The notes under the pieces were generated by a model that saw only the letters and a program-made list of their open reading frames with translations, was not told the DNA's origin and did not search any database. A program made the position numbers and the translations under genes. From Tolypothrix sp. NIES-4075 (GTDB lineage: Bacteria > Cyanobacteriota > Cyanobacteriia > Cyanobacteriales > Nostocaceae): a stretch of DNA of 16,047 bases. The stretch lies in the NCBI RefSeq assembly GCF_002218085.1, contig NZ_BDUC01000003.1, positions 956,206 through 972,252 on the forward strand, read 5' to 3'. This document shows, one piece after another, positions 14,731 to 16,047 of this stretch. Position 1 is the stretch's first letter. Every line of letters begins with the position of its first letter.

Positions 14731-16047
14731 CTACAGCCGTCGGAACGGGAACCGACAAAGTTAAATCCCCTCAACAAAATACCAGATAATTTGCCCTGGA
14801 GTGGGGCTACGGAGTTCGTCGGGCGTGAAAAAGAACTCGCACGCCTCCACCAATTATTGCAGGAAAATGATTCTGTTGCGATCGCTGCCGTTGTGGGTAT
14901 GGGTGGTGTCGGTAAAACTGAACTAGCGTTGCAATATGCACTTTTACACCGGGAATTTTACTCTGGGGGGATTTGTTGGTGTGGGGTGAACAGCGGTGAT
15001 GTCGGTTTCCAGGTGGTGCAATTTGCTCGCACTCACCTTGATTTAAACCCGCCCACTGATTTTAATTTAATCGACCAGGTAAAATACTGTTGGCGGCACT
15101 GGCGTGGTGGTAATGTTTTGTTAGTGCTGGATAATGTCAATAAATATAAAGAAATTGAGCCTTATTTACCGCCGCCATCCTCCCGGTTTAAGGTGTTGCT
15201 GACTTCCAGAAAGCACTTCGGGCAGATTAAGAAGTTATCATTAAATGTATTGCAACCACAAGCCGCGTTGGAATTGTTGGGAAATCTCGTTGGGGAAGAA
15301 CGGGTTAATGTAGAGACGCGAAATTTCGCGTCTCTACCCGAAAGATTGGGATATTTACCTTTAGGAATAGAGTTGGTAGGGCGCTATCTCGCCAGAAAAC
15401 AAGATTTATCCCTGGCAGAAATGTTACAAAGGTTGGAGAAAAAGCGACTCAAAGAACGTTCTTTGTCTCAACCAGAAGAAGACATGACAGCACAGCGGGG
15501 TGTGGAAGCAGCCTTTGAGTTAAGTTGGGAAGAATTAACTGACAACGATAAGCAACTCGCCTGTTTGCTGAGTTTATTTGCTGCTGCACCGATACCTTGG
15601 CAGTTGGTAGAATCTTGTTTACCCGATGTGGATGCAGACGAGTTAGAAGAAAGTCGGGACGACAAGCTGCTGACTTTGCATTTACTCCAGCGCAAGCAAA
15701 AGGGAATTTATCAATTGCATCCACTGCTGCGAGAATTCTTTCAAGCGAAGTTAGAACCCCAACTTTTTCTGGGAAGTTGGGGAAATCTTCAATATGCTCT
15801 TGCCACACGCATGATAGCAGTTGCCAAGTATATTCCTCATGACGCCACCCTTGAGAAAATTACCGCCGTCGCCCCCGCCATACCTCATTTAGCAGAAGTA
15901 GCGAAGAATCTGATTCAATATGTTAGCGATGAGGATGTATTCTGGGCTTTCTACGGTAATGCTGCATTTTACAATGGTCAAGGGTTGTATGACAAGGCAG
16001 AACCTTGGTTTAAGCAGTGTCTCGAAGTCACAAAAAAACGCTTGCCA
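14731..16047 (+). CDS. NB-ARC/TPR STAND NTPase (NLR-like), 3'-partial; no ATG start, contiguous in frame with 14353..14730 across one TGA
   Basis: My own translation of frame 1 is open for 439 codons from 14731 to the window end; this ORF is not in the supplied track. Motifs: FVGREKELARLHQLL, Walker A GMGGVGKTELA, Walker B-like VLLVLDNV, LLTSR, GYLPLGIELVGRYLA, then TPR-like FYNGQGLYDKAEPWFKQCLEV. The only plausible independent start is TTG at 14791. The first in-frame ATG (14899) lies inside the P-loop. Confidence 0.85.
15310..15337. repeat. Perfect 28-nt palindromic small dispersed repeat embedded in frame in the NB-ARC coding region
   Basis: GTAGAGACGCGAAATTTCGCGTCTCTAC is its own reverse complement. 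It belongs to the same family as the 11908/11946 copies, sharing GTA-AGACGCGA...TCGCGTCTCTAC. It encodes VETRNFASLP just upstream of the GYLPLGIEL motif. Confidence 0.9.

Noticed and set aside
15449-15842. ORFs 15449..15808(-), 15468..15695(-) and 15597..15842(+).
   Set aside because: They overlap the frame-1 NB-ARC/TPR reading frame. That frame is open across the whole region and carries clear STAND motifs, and it is missing from the track only because it has no stop inside the window.
1-16047. Strong over-representation of GCGATCGC (about 19 copies, for example near 204, 423, 885, 3164, 3263, 4073, 6136, 8050, 9264, 9786, 10929, 12706, 14381 and 14878).
   Set aside because: This is the well-known HIP1 palindrome of cyanobacterial genomes. 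It is useful for taxonomic inference but is not a local feature or a novelty.

Overview
This is a chromosomal segment from a filamentous, Nostocales-like cyanobacterium. That origin is inferred from about 19 copies of the HIP1 octamer GCGATCGC, tandem heptanucleotide (STRR-like) repeats, small palindromic dispersed repeats, and cyanobacteria-typical proteins. All domain calls rest on motif recognition by eye; no searches were run.

Gene order:
- Two tandem paralogous sensor histidine kinases on the + strand. The first is cut off at its 5' end by the window edge.
- A proline-rich membrane protein and mnmG/gidA on the - strand.
- An M15/VanY-like peptidase (+).
- A repeat-rich, highly structured 300-nt spacer.
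- A secreted hypothetical protein (-).
- A coiled-coil protein resembling the cyanobacterial TIGR04376 family (+).
- A co-directional accessory-looking block from 10322 to the window end, described below.

The accessory block contains, in order:
- An XPB/Ssl2-type SF2 helicase.
- A Bax1/DUF790-type nuclease.
- A tandemly duplicated vapB-vapC cassette starting 4 nt after the nuclease stop. The first PIN gene is reduced to a 46-codon stump.
- An NLR-like STAND locus. It consists of a 125-aa helical protein with a hydrophobic N-terminal helix and an N/G-rich C-terminal tail, followed in the same frame after a single TGA by an NB-ARC/TPR ORF. That ORF is open to the window end and is absent from the supplied ORF track.

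Most interesting observations:
- The TGA-interrupted NLR-like gene, or effector/sensor pair.
- The bacterial XPB-Bax1 pair physically coupled to toxin-antitoxin and NLR genes.
- Small palindromic elements and heptamer arrays inserted in frame inside coding regions (kinase DHp domain, NB-ARC).
- A stem-enclosed multi-hairpin element at 8745-8904.

No rRNA, tRNA, CRISPR array, transposase or integrase was recognised.
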